Shown piece by piece: positions 1-8,601 of a DNA stretch of 64,000 nt (positions are counted from its first letter, which is position 1; each line of letters starts with the position of its first letter). Source of the DNA: Bacteroidia bacterium (GTDB lineage Bacteria > Bacteroidota > Bacteroidia > B-17B0 > Aurantibacillaceae); NCBI GenBank assembly GCA_020846335.1, contig JADLED010000087.1, positions 9,032 through 73,031 on the forward strand. Direction: 5' to 3'. The position numbers were made by a program, and so were the translations under genes. The notes under the pieces were generated by a model. That model was not told the origin of the DNA, searched no databases, and saw only the letters and a list, made by a program, of their open reading frames with translations.

Positions 1-251
1 CTTACTCAAGCAGCAAAGCGGCTATTGCCGGATTAAGCGAATGCCTTGCCGAAGAATTAAAACCAAAAAACATTGCAGTAAACTGTTTGGCCATTGGCGC
101 AGTGCAAACCGAAATGCTTGGTAAAGCCTTTCCCGGCTATAAAGCGCCGCTGCAGCCCAATGAGATGGCTGCTTTTATCTGCGACTTTGCAATAAACGGC
201 CATCGTTATTTTAATGGCAAAATTTTACCCGTATCTTCATCCACCCCATAA
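1..251 (+). CDS. Short-chain dehydrogenase/reductase (SDR), 3' part only (truncated by window edge)
   Basis: Not in ORF track. Frame from nt 3 reads YSSSKAAIAGLSECLAEELKPKNIAVNCLAIGAVQTEML...SSTP* (stop 249-251): SDR catalytic YxxxK followed by the typical I-x-V-N-x-x-x-x-G-x-V-x-T segment. Confidence 0.85.
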   Translation, partial: YSSSKAAIAGLSECLAEELKPKNIAVNCLAIGAVQTEMLGKAFPGYKAPLQPNEMAAFICDFAINGHRYFNGKILPVSSSTP

Positions 252-255
252 TAAA

Positions 256-2622
256 ATGAAAAAAATAGTTCTACTTCTGTTCAGTTTCTCGTTCTTCATC
301 AGCCTAGGTCAAAGCATCACTCAAACCGTAAGAGGCACCATTGTTGACAAGCAAAGCCAGACCCCCTTACCGGGTGTGGTGGTTCAGATTTTAAATTCAT
401 CACCACCGCAGGGCACCAGCAGCAACGAAAAAGGCGAATTCAGATTGACCGGTGTGCCCATTGGTCGCCTTCAGTTAAAATTTCAGGTGGTGAGTTACAA
501 GGAAAAATACATCACCATTATTTTAAATGCCGGAAAAGAATCGGTGACCAATGTGGAGCTGGAGGAAAGTGTGGTGCAGGGCGAAGAAGTGGTGATTGTG
601 GCCGAAGAAGATAAAACCAAAACACATAATAAACTGAGCAGCGTTAGCTCGCGGGTATTTAGTGCCGAAGAGGCCGCACGCTATGCCGGCAGCCGCAACG
701 ATCCGGCACGCATGGCCGCTAACTTTGCAGGGGTGAGCGGAGCCAACGATTCCCGAAACGACATAGTGATACGTGGCAATTCGCCATTGGGCATTTTATG
801 GCGGGTAAATGGTTTGGACATTCCCAACCCCAATCACTTTGGCAATGCGGGTTCAACCGGTGGCCCCATTAGTATTTTAAATAATAATGCGCTTGATAAT
901 TCGGATTTTATGACGGGCGCTTTTGCCGCCGATTATGGCAACGCCACCTCGGGTGTTTTTGATTTACGCATTCGACAGGGCAACAACGAGAAAAAAGAAT
1001 TCTTGGCGCAACTTGGATTCAATGGTTTTGAACTGGGTGCCGAAGGACCATTTACCAAAAATAAAAATTCCACCTTTTTAATTAATTACCGCTACTCTAC
1101 CCTATCGGTATTTAAAGCGCTGAACATTGATTTTGGAACTGGAGCGGCAGTGCCACAGTACCAGGATGTTACTTTTAAAACCGATTTCGCGACCAAAAAA
1201 GCCGGTAAGTTTTCGTTTTGGGGTGTGGGTGGTTTAAGCTATGTGGCATTGCTCGAAAGTGATAAAAAACCCGGCCAGGACTTATATGGTTTTAGTGCCC
1301 GCGACACCTACTTCCGCTCCAACGTGGGGGCCAGCGGGGTTTCGCACGTTATTCTTTTTAAAAACAATGCGTATTTAAAAACCAATGTGGGCGTGAGCGG
1401 CACCTACAATCACGTTATTGCCGACCGCATTGACACATCCTTTAAAACTCCGAAAAATATTAAACCCGAATACCGGCAGACCACCCAAACAATTAGGTAC
1501 TCGCTTAATTCAACCTACAACAAAAAATTTAATTCGCGCAATTTTTTAAATGCCGGTGTGTATGCCGAACTCTACAACACCTTGTTTGTTGACAGCAATG
1601 ATTATTTATTTGGCAATCATACATTTATTACACTGCGCAATTACAAGGGCAATACCTCTTTGTTGCGGGGTTTTGTACAATGGCAACATAAATTCAGCGA
1701 TAATTTTTTAATCAACGCCGGTATCAGTAATCAGTTCTTTCTGCTTAATAATTCAAACGCCGTTGAACCCCGTTTGGGACTAAAATATTCCATCAACAAA
1801 AAACAGGCGTTAAGTTTTGGTTCGGGATTACACAGCCAATTGCAGCCCATTTACATTTATTTTGCTTCTGACACCGTAAATGGCAAACGCGTAGAAACCA
1901 ACCGTGGTTTGGATTTCACAAGGGCCGCGCACGCCGTATTGGCTTACGATAATAATTTTTCAACCAATTTCAGATTAAAAACCGAAATCTATTACCAATA
2001 CATTTTCAACGCTCCGGTTAAAAACACCCCGGGTTATTTTTCGGTATTAAATCTTGGAGCCGATTTTACAAGTCCAAATGTGAATAATTTAGTGAGCAAA
2101 GGCACTGGTTACAATTACGGTTTGGAAATTACTCTTGAAAAATTTTATAGTAAAGGCTATTATTTTTTATTTACATCGAGTCTGTTTGAAAGTAAGTACA
2201 AGGGCAGCGATGAGGTTTTGAGAAACACCGCGTTTAATGGCAATTATGTTTTAAATCTTTTGGGTGGAAAAGAATTTAAGATTAATCAACGGCATACAAT
2301 TAGTATAGACATTCGTGGAACTTTTGCTGGTGGCAAACGTTACACGCCCATTGATTTAACAAAAAGCATCGCTGTTAATGACGAGGTGCGTGATGCAAAC
2401 AGAGCCTACGAACTACAGTATCCCAATTATTTTCGATTGGATGTAAAGCCGGGTTACCGCTTCAATACCAAAAAGGTAACGCATGAATTCAGTATCGACA
2501 TTCAAAACATCACGCAAAATTCGAATGTGTTTCAGCAAACTTACGATATCACCAACAAAACCATTAAAACCGATTATCAGCTAAAGTTTTTTGTGATACC
2601 TCAATACCGAGTATTGTTTTAA
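256..2622 (+). CDS. TonB-dependent receptor with N-terminal carboxypeptidase-regulatory-like domain
   Basis: Start moved to ATG 256 (MKKIVLLL..SLGQ signal peptide). Has TVRGTIVD N-domain, plug NDIVIRGNSP..NPNHF, beta-barrel and C-terminal aromatic strand YRVLF. Confidence 0.9.
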   Translation: MKKIVLLLFSFSFFISLGQSITQTVRGTIVDKQSQTPLPGVVVQILNSSPPQGTSSNEKGEFRLTGVPIGRLQLKFQVVSYKEKYITIILNAGKESVTNVELEESVVQGEEVVIVAEEDKTKTHNKLSSVSSRVFSAEEAARYAGSRNDPARMAANFAGVSGANDSRNDIVIRGNSPLGILWRVNGLDIPNPNHFGNAGSTGGPISILNNNALDNSDFMTGAFAADYGNATSGVFDLRIRQGNNEKKEFLAQLGFNGFELGAEGPFTKNKNSTFLINYRYSTLSVFKALNIDFGTGAAVPQYQDVTFKTDFATKKAGKFSFWGVGGLSYVALLESDKKPGQDLYGFSARDTYFRSNVGASGVSHVILFKNNAYLKTNVGVSGTYNHVIADRIDTSFKTPKNIKPEYRQTTQTIRYSLNSTYNKKFNSRNFLNAGVYAELYNTLFVDSNDYLFGNHTFITLRNYKGNTSLLRGFVQWQHKFSDNFLINAGISNQFFLLNNSNAVEPRLGLKYSINKKQALSFGSGLHSQLQPIYIYFASDTVNGKRVETNRGLDFTRAAHAVLAYDNNFSTNFRLKTEIYYQYIFNAPVKNTPGYFSVLNLGADFTSPNVNNLVSKGTGYNYGLEITLEKFYSKGYYFLFTSSLFESKYKGSDEVLRNTAFNGNYVLNLLGGKEFKINQRHTISIDIRGTFAGGKRYTPIDLTKSIAVNDEVRDANRAYELQYPNYFRLDVKPGYRFNTKKVTHEFSIDIQNITQNSNVFQQTYDITNKTIKTDYQLKFFVIPQYRVLF

Positions 2623-2627
2623 GGCAA

Positions 2628-5600
2628 TTACTCCTTCACCAATTTTACTACCTGCTCTCCTCCGCTTTCACTTAATATTCTAAGTGAATACACACCATTT
2701 GCAAGACCGGAAATATTTATCTGCAAATCGCTTTTATCTTTTCTGAAAACCGATTCCTGTTTTAAAACCAATTTACCTCTTATGTCATAAATCTTTATTT
2801 CGGCCTGCATCTGCTCTTGAAACTGAGACTGAATGGTAACAACACTGTTGGCCGGATTTGGAAATACTAAAAAAGTGCCGGTTTGTTCAACCCCGTCCTT
2901 TATTCCCGTGCATTCCGAAATCGTAAGGGCCAGAGTTTGCGAACCCGAACAGCCATTTGATGCAAGGGCATTACAGGTGTAGGTTATATTCTGCGTGGCC
3001 GCCGTGTTTAATGTAAGAACCGAACCGGTTAAAAACCCCGGCAACCAGGTGTAGGTATTGGCACCGGTTACCAAAATACTGGCATCATCATTCACACAAA
3101 TTACGGTGTTGCTTAAAGATAAAGTTGGAACCGGACTTGCTAACACATTAATGGTTTGTGTTGAAGCGCCTCCTGTGCCCACGGTGTTGGATGCCACCAT
3201 TGAAACCGTGTAAACACCTGATGACGGAAAGGTAATCACTGGATTTTGAGCTGAGGCATTTGAAACAACTACACCTGAAGAAGGGCTAACGCTCCAATTC
3301 CAGGAAGTAGGAATATTTGAAGAGTTGTCGGAGAAAATTTTAGATGCGCCCGAACAAATGTTTCCAACAAAGGAAAAATTACTTACAGGTGCTGCAGCCG
3401 CATTAGCAATAACGTCGACTTCATAAACTCCTCTGCCATAGGTGGCCGCTCTTAATTTTCCTGGCGAAGCCGGCGAAATTTCCATATCACTTACAGGTGT
3501 ATTTGGAAGACCCTGATTATAGAGTGTCCAGTTAAGCGTGCTATTGTCTTTGTAATAAACACCCACATCCATTCCTATGTAAATTCGGTCGCCGGATCCG
3601 GGTTGGTACACCGAACAGTTGGCTGGTAAGTTCGGCAGATTGGAAGAAACATTTGTCCATGAAGTGCCGCCATTAATGGTTTGAAATACTTTATTACCGG
3701 CTGAGTAACCACTTAGTGTTACCCACGCTCTGTTTGGATCGGTAGGACTAATTGTTATAAATGTTGGTGCTGCACCACCAACCGGAATGGTACCGGTAAC
3801 ATTGGTCCAACTGCTTCCACCATTACTACTTTTGCGAATACTGCTTCCATGAATCACATAAATAACCTGATTGTTGGAAGGTGCTATGGCAAACTCAACA
3901 ATGGTGCCGCTTCCACCGGTTGCGGTTAACTGAGTCCAACTTGCCCCAAGATTATTTGAAACAAACATTTGCGACCATCCCGCATATAATCGGGAGGCGG
4001 TTGTTGGATCTTGTTTCCAAGGTGCCACCCAAGCCGCCGAACCTGAAAGACCAGAAGTAATAGTGTTCCAGGAAGTTCCGCCAGTAGTGGATCTGGCATA
4101 TCCACCATAAGGGGTTGAGGAAAACATGTTCAAATCGTTGGTGCGGTCAATAAAACAATCCATGCCATCGCCAGCTCTACTTGCGGTGTAAGTTGCGCCT
4201 GTATAAATATTGGAGCCATTGTCCTGATGGCCAGTAATCCATTTATTTGGAGAAATTGAGGACAAACCTATTTTATAAATCTGCGCGATGTTGCGTTGGT
4301 TATTCAAATCAATCCAATTGGTAACATTGTAACTAAAAATTCCACCATCTGTGGCTGCATATAATGTTCCGGAAGGATTGTAATCCAAATCATGATGATC
4401 GGCCTTTAAATAAACTGAAGGAGCCGAGGTGCCAATCCAGCATCCGGTGCAGGTCCAAGAACCGGTAGCTCCGCCCGAATTACTGGTCCAAACGTTAACA
4501 CCACCCACGGCCACAACATTCTTATTAAGTGGTGACACAGCCACGCATAGATCGTACCAACCCTGACCTCCGCCCGAAGACCCTGAACAGGAATTTGCAA
4601 GAACATCAGGTGAACTCGACATTTGAGTAAATGAAGTGCCACTGCTTGTAGAACGGTATAATCCAAAAAAACCACTGGTAGAACTGTTTGAGGCAAGAAC
4701 ATAAACATAAGTCGGGTCGGCTACAGTAACTGCCACCGACATACGGTTAATGCCTCCTGTAGGAATTCCTGTGGCTATAGCAGTAAAGCTGGCACCACTG
4801 TTGGTAGACAAATAAAAAGCTGTTCCTCCGGCATACACGGTTGTGGGATCGCCGGGTTTAAATTCCAGATCAAAGGTGTTGTTTGAGTTAATTTGTGTCC
4901 AGGAAGTGCCACCATTGGTGCTGCGGTAAATTCCGGCATCGGTTGCTGCCATTACAATTTGTGTGTTGGATGGATTTACAATTATCCGGCGCATTTGGCG
5001 TTGTTGCGAAACAGGGAATGTAAGCCCGGTGGTGTTCCAGGTGAGACCACCATCGGTTGATTTTAATACACCAATGCAGTAGGTGTCTCCCGCATCGCCA
5101 TCACCGGTGGCCAGGTACATTGTATTGGGGTTACTAGGGTCAATGGCTAAATCAGAGCAGCCAATTACCGAAAGATAATCGGTGTTGGTGGTCCAGCTTG
5201 TGCCGCCGTTGGTGGTTTTCCATAAGCCCCCGGCAGGTGCGCCCGCCCAAAATGTTGAAGGCTGTGTTGGATGAAAAGTGATAAAATTATCGCGACCTGC
5301 CTTGCGGGGAAAACCATTGGTGGCCACCCCTGTCATCGGACCCATTGGGCCAATTGCAGTCCAGGTTGTAGAGGCGGTCATGTTTCCATTGCCGATATTT
5401 TTCCCGGTGCTCTTTTTTAAAAAAGCCTCGTAATTATTCCAGGTGGTAGAGATTAATGATAAATCGCCGGAAGGATACACGCGTTGTTCTACAAAATGTT
5501 CCCAGCGTTTAAACGGTTTATAACCATTTCCGGGTGTAGAAACGTCTTTACCTTTCCAGTAATTATTAAATGAAGCCTGAATTTCGTAAAAATTTTTGCC

Positions 5601-5687
5601 TTGTTTCAACATCATGTCCACCCATTCCTGAGCGTTAAAACATGTAATCAACATGGCGAATGATAAAGTAAATAGTGTTTTTTTCAT
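2628..5687 (-). CDS. T9SS-secreted BNR/Asp-box (VPS10-like) beta-propeller putative glycosyl hydrolase with PKD domain
   Basis: Signal peptide ending FNA-Q; repeated S-x-[DN]-G-G-x-[TS]-W Asp boxes; PKD-like domain; CTD VFPNPAN...GVYSLRI...KLVKE. Confidence 0.85.
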   Translation of the reverse strand: MKKTLFTLSFAMLITCFNAQEWVDMMLKQGKNFYEIQASFNNYWKGKDVSTPGNGYKPFKRWEHFVEQRVYPSGDLSLISTTWNNYEAFLKKSTGKNIGNGNMTASTTWTAIGPMGPMTGVATNGFPRKAGRDNFITFHPTQPSTFWAGAPAGGLWKTTNGGTSWTTNTDYLSVIGCSDLAIDPSNPNTMYLATGDGDAGDTYCIGVLKSTDGGLTWNTTGLTFPVSQQRQMRRIIVNPSNTQIVMAATDAGIYRSTNGGTSWTQINSNNTFDLEFKPGDPTTVYAGGTAFYLSTNSGASFTAIATGIPTGGINRMSVAVTVADPTYVYVLASNSSTSGFFGLYRSTSSGTSFTQMSSSPDVLANSCSGSSGGGQGWYDLCVAVSPLNKNVVAVGGVNVWTSNSGGATGSWTCTGCWIGTSAPSVYLKADHHDLDYNPSGTLYAATDGGIFSYNVTNWIDLNNQRNIAQIYKIGLSSISPNKWITGHQDNGSNIYTGATYTASRAGDGMDCFIDRTNDLNMFSSTPYGGYARSTTGGTSWNTITSGLSGSAAWVAPWKQDPTTASRLYAGWSQMFVSNNLGASWTQLTATGGSGTIVEFAIAPSNNQVIYVIHGSSIRKSSNGGSSWTNVTGTIPVGGAAPTFITISPTDPNRAWVTLSGYSAGNKVFQTINGGTSWTNVSSNLPNLPANCSVYQPGSGDRIYIGMDVGVYYKDNSTLNWTLYNQGLPNTPVSDMEISPASPGKLRAATYGRGVYEVDVIANAAAAPVSNFSFVGNICSGASKIFSDNSSNIPTSWNWSVSPSSGVVVSNASAQNPVITFPSSGVYTVSMVASNTVGTGGASTQTINVLASPVPTLSLSNTVICVNDDASILVTGANTYTWLPGFLTGSVLTLNTAATQNITYTCNALASNGCSGSQTLALTISECTGIKDGVEQTGTFLVFPNPANSVVTIQSQFQEQMQAEIKIYDIRGKLVLKQESVFRKDKSDLQINISGLANGVYSLRILSESGGEQVVKLVKE

Positions 5688-5771
5688 GATGAAATTATAA
5701 TCTAATAAAGCTAGTAAATAAATGTAAATCTTCCAAGATTATTGCCTGTCATTATTTGTTTTTACTTTGTA

Positions 5772-5779
5772 TATATTTG
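5772..5779 (+). promoter_or_regulatory. Bacteroidota sigma-A -7 element (TATATTTG)
   Basis: Exact TAnnTTTG match 4 nt upstream of ATG 5784. Confidence 0.6.
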
Positions 5780-5783
5780 ACAC

Positions 5784-6272
5784 ATGTTTTTAAAAATAAT
5801 TTTTATCATCAGCACGTTGTTTAACAACAACTCTATTTTTTTTGGTCAAAAAAAAGCAGTAACCGTTAAACTAAATTACTACCAGCCTTATTGTGGTGGC
5901 GCACGCCCCAGCCGCGACATGGAAGCCGAGGCACAAAAACCTAAACCTTATGCCAATTACATGGTAATAATTGTATCAGACAAAGGTTCGGTTGACTCGG
6001 TAAAAACAAATATTGAAGGTGAAATTAAAACCAAGTTAAAACCAGGCACTTACAAAGTGTTTGAAAAGTGGCGCTACTACAAATCAACTCCGGATGGCAA
6101 TGCAGTTGCCAATTACGATAAAGAATGTTTAAAAACCGAATGGGGCAAGGAAACCGGCGTAATTACTGTAACCAAAAAAACATCGGGCTTCACCGAAACC
6201 AATAACATAGTTTTTGATTGTGCCTGGAAACTACCCTGCCTGCGTGAAGACAAAAAATTTATGCCGGAATAA
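5784..6272 (+). CDS. Hypothetical exported protein (PYCGGA motif, probable beta-sandwich)
   Basis: 162-aa ORF, hydrophobic N-terminus, four Cys, own promoter and terminator. Confidence 0.75.
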   Translation: MFLKIIFIISTLFNNNSIFFGQKKAVTVKLNYYQPYCGGARPSRDMEAEAQKPKPYANYMVIIVSDKGSVDSVKTNIEGEIKTKLKPGTYKVFEKWRYYKSTPDGNAVANYDKECLKTEWGKETGVITVTKKTSGFTETNNIVFDCAWKLPCLREDKKFMPE

Positions 6273-6293
6273 CGACGTGAAATAATTTCATAA

Positions 6294-6329
6294 AAAAAAC
6301 CTGATTGGCATGTGCGAATCAGGTTTTTT
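6294..6329. terminator. Bidirectional intrinsic terminator
   Basis: AAAAAACCTGATT...AATCAGGTTTTTT inverted repeat with A/T tails between convergent genes. Confidence 0.85.
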
Positions 6330-6346
6330 ATTTTGTTGAGTTTAGT

Positions 6347-8248
6347 TTAATTTTTAATCATTCGCATCGTTTGATTTTTTCCGTTGGCTGTAAACCGAAT
6401 CAGATAAATACCCTTATTAAGCTCGGAAATAGTTATTTCTATTGGCGAATCCGAATTTTTACCGGAAATATTTTGTGCAATAATAACCTTACCCAAAGCA
6501 TCCATCACTTCTAATTTAGCCTGTTGAAGGGTGCCAGCACTTTCGTTTAATTGAACAAATAATTTATCGTTTGCCGGATTTGGATAAACATTAAATAGTG
6601 TTTGAGTTCCAGTGATTTTGGTTAAGCCGTTGCAATCCTGCACCTCCACACTTATTGTTGAAGTGGTTTTACAATTGCCTGCCCCGGTGGCCACACAGGT
6701 ATAAACCTGACTGCTCATGCCCGAATATAGCACCGAGGCTCCAAGTTGAGAACCTGGCTGCCATGCAAAACTGTTACCACCACTGGCTGTGAGTTCCACG
6801 TCTTCATCAGTACACACGGTATATCTTGGCGTACTTAATGTCAGGCTGGGACTTGCGCCAATGGTTATTACCTTTGTTATTGAACTCAGGCTTCCGTTGC
6901 TCACCGAAAGAGAGATTGTGTAAGTGCCCGGTGTAGGAAATGTTGCATTATAGGCCGTATTGGCATTCGGATTAAAATTTACAGTACCCGGCCCATTTGC
7001 AGACCACGTATAAGTTGGCACAGGAATACCATCCGTCATGTTTGAAAGTGTTACCACCGCATTGGCACAGGCGGTTGTGGCAATGCCGAAAGATGCTGTA
7101 GGAGCAACTGCTGCCACCTGACATAAATTGTGTGTTCCCAAAAATTTACGATAAACGCCGCTGGCCATGGCTGCCTGAACCCTTGTGGCCTGATCGGTGC
7201 TAAACATATATTTAACAGGGTCGTCAGTATAATCCATAAAATTCATGTACATTTCTCCGTTGGGTGAATTGCCTGCGCAGGTCCCTGAATGAAAGGGGTA
7301 ATTGGCGGTTCCAAAGTTGCTGGCTGCTGCCGGAGGAGTATCGTTACAATAATCGGTCACACAATTTCCATCGCCCCAAATATGACGTAAGCCCAACCAA
7401 TGCCCGATTTCGTGTGTAGAAACCCTGCCTCTGTCGTTGCCGGAATAGTAAGTACCTGCAGGGTAATAGGTTTTAGAACCAAAGGCTTTTGAATAACACC
7501 AGTAGCCGTCGGTGGTGGCAGTTCCCAATCCGTTGGTTGGAATGCCGGTGAGTGAGGTTAATTGAGGGAATGTTGCATAACCGAGTAATCCCATGACGCT
7601 AATATTTTCATCCGTTATCCAGATATTCAGGTATCTTTTCACGTTCCAAACTGTATTGGGCTTAATGGTGCCATCCACAAAATTTCTAAAACTTGTTATT
7701 GAATTAAATGAAGCCGGATTGGTCCAACCTTTTGCCACATAACTTATACGATCAATGCCTGGTTCGGCAAGGGTATTACCCAGCGTATCTTTAGTGGCCA
7801 AACAAAACTGCACTCCGCAATCGCCAATTTTTACACGGCCAAGCGCATCACGATTACCAGCCGGTAAATTTTGAGCAGTTGCCCAGGCGGTATAAGCATT
7901 GGCCGGGTAATTCCATGCATTATAGCCAGTGCCGGCAAAATCGTTATTAAGGGTTTGAATTTGAGAAATTAACTGCCCCGCCGCAAGGTTTGGATATGTG
8001 CCAACTGCCTGCCCACCATGGATTACGTGAATAATAACCGGAATAGTGTAAGCCACGTTTACCTGTCTGCCAGCCGCCTGATTATCCTTCATTTCTTTTA
8101 CTACGGCATTGATAGCATCATCCCATTTTTGGTCGGGTACCAGGGTGCCACATTGATTCATTTTTTGGGTTTCATTGCCTTGGGCTTGTATCCCCAACGA
8201 AAATAAGGAAACACCTAATAATGTGGTTATTCTTAAAATAGATTTCAT
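6347..8248 (-). CDS. T9SS-secreted M43 (pappalysin/ulilysin-like) zinc metalloprotease with PKD domain
   Basis: HEIGHWLGLRHIWGD zinc motif, NFMDY Met-turn, pro-region Cys (QCGT), CTD VYPNPAN...GIYLIRF. Confidence 0.92.
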   Translation of the reverse strand: MKSILRITTLLGVSLFSLGIQAQGNETQKMNQCGTLVPDQKWDDAINAVVKEMKDNQAAGRQVNVAYTIPVIIHVIHGGQAVGTYPNLAAGQLISQIQTLNNDFAGTGYNAWNYPANAYTAWATAQNLPAGNRDALGRVKIGDCGVQFCLATKDTLGNTLAEPGIDRISYVAKGWTNPASFNSITSFRNFVDGTIKPNTVWNVKRYLNIWITDENISVMGLLGYATFPQLTSLTGIPTNGLGTATTDGYWCYSKAFGSKTYYPAGTYYSGNDRGRVSTHEIGHWLGLRHIWGDGNCVTDYCNDTPPAAASNFGTANYPFHSGTCAGNSPNGEMYMNFMDYTDDPVKYMFSTDQATRVQAAMASGVYRKFLGTHNLCQVAAVAPTASFGIATTACANAVVTLSNMTDGIPVPTYTWSANGPGTVNFNPNANTAYNATFPTPGTYTISLSVSNGSLSSITKVITIGASPSLTLSTPRYTVCTDEDVELTASGGNSFAWQPGSQLGASVLYSGMSSQVYTCVATGAGNCKTTSTISVEVQDCNGLTKITGTQTLFNVYPNPANDKLFVQLNESAGTLQQAKLEVMDALGKVIIAQNISGKNSDSPIEITISELNKGIYLIRFTANGKNQTMRMIKN

Positions 8249-8601
8249 GCCAAACTTTTTTTTCTTTTTTAATTTTATATTAAGTTAAAAGCACCCAAAG
8301 CACCTTTAACTTTTTTAAATCTATTTAATTAATTCCAATAAAACAATAATGTAGAAATAATTGCCCAAAATGGATTTATTTACGAACGGGTGAGTTGTTA
8401 AATGCTCGTTCTTATAAACCCCTCAAACACGGCTAACCCACATATATGGCTGTAAATGAACCCTTAATAATTTATTTCACTCATTAACAACTTACAGAAG
8501 ACGTGGCGTAGTTGTGCACAAGCTTTACAAAGCAGCCAAAATATGACTTTTAGCATTAAAACCTAAAGTAGGATTTTGTACCTTCGGAGTAAGAATTTAC
8601 G

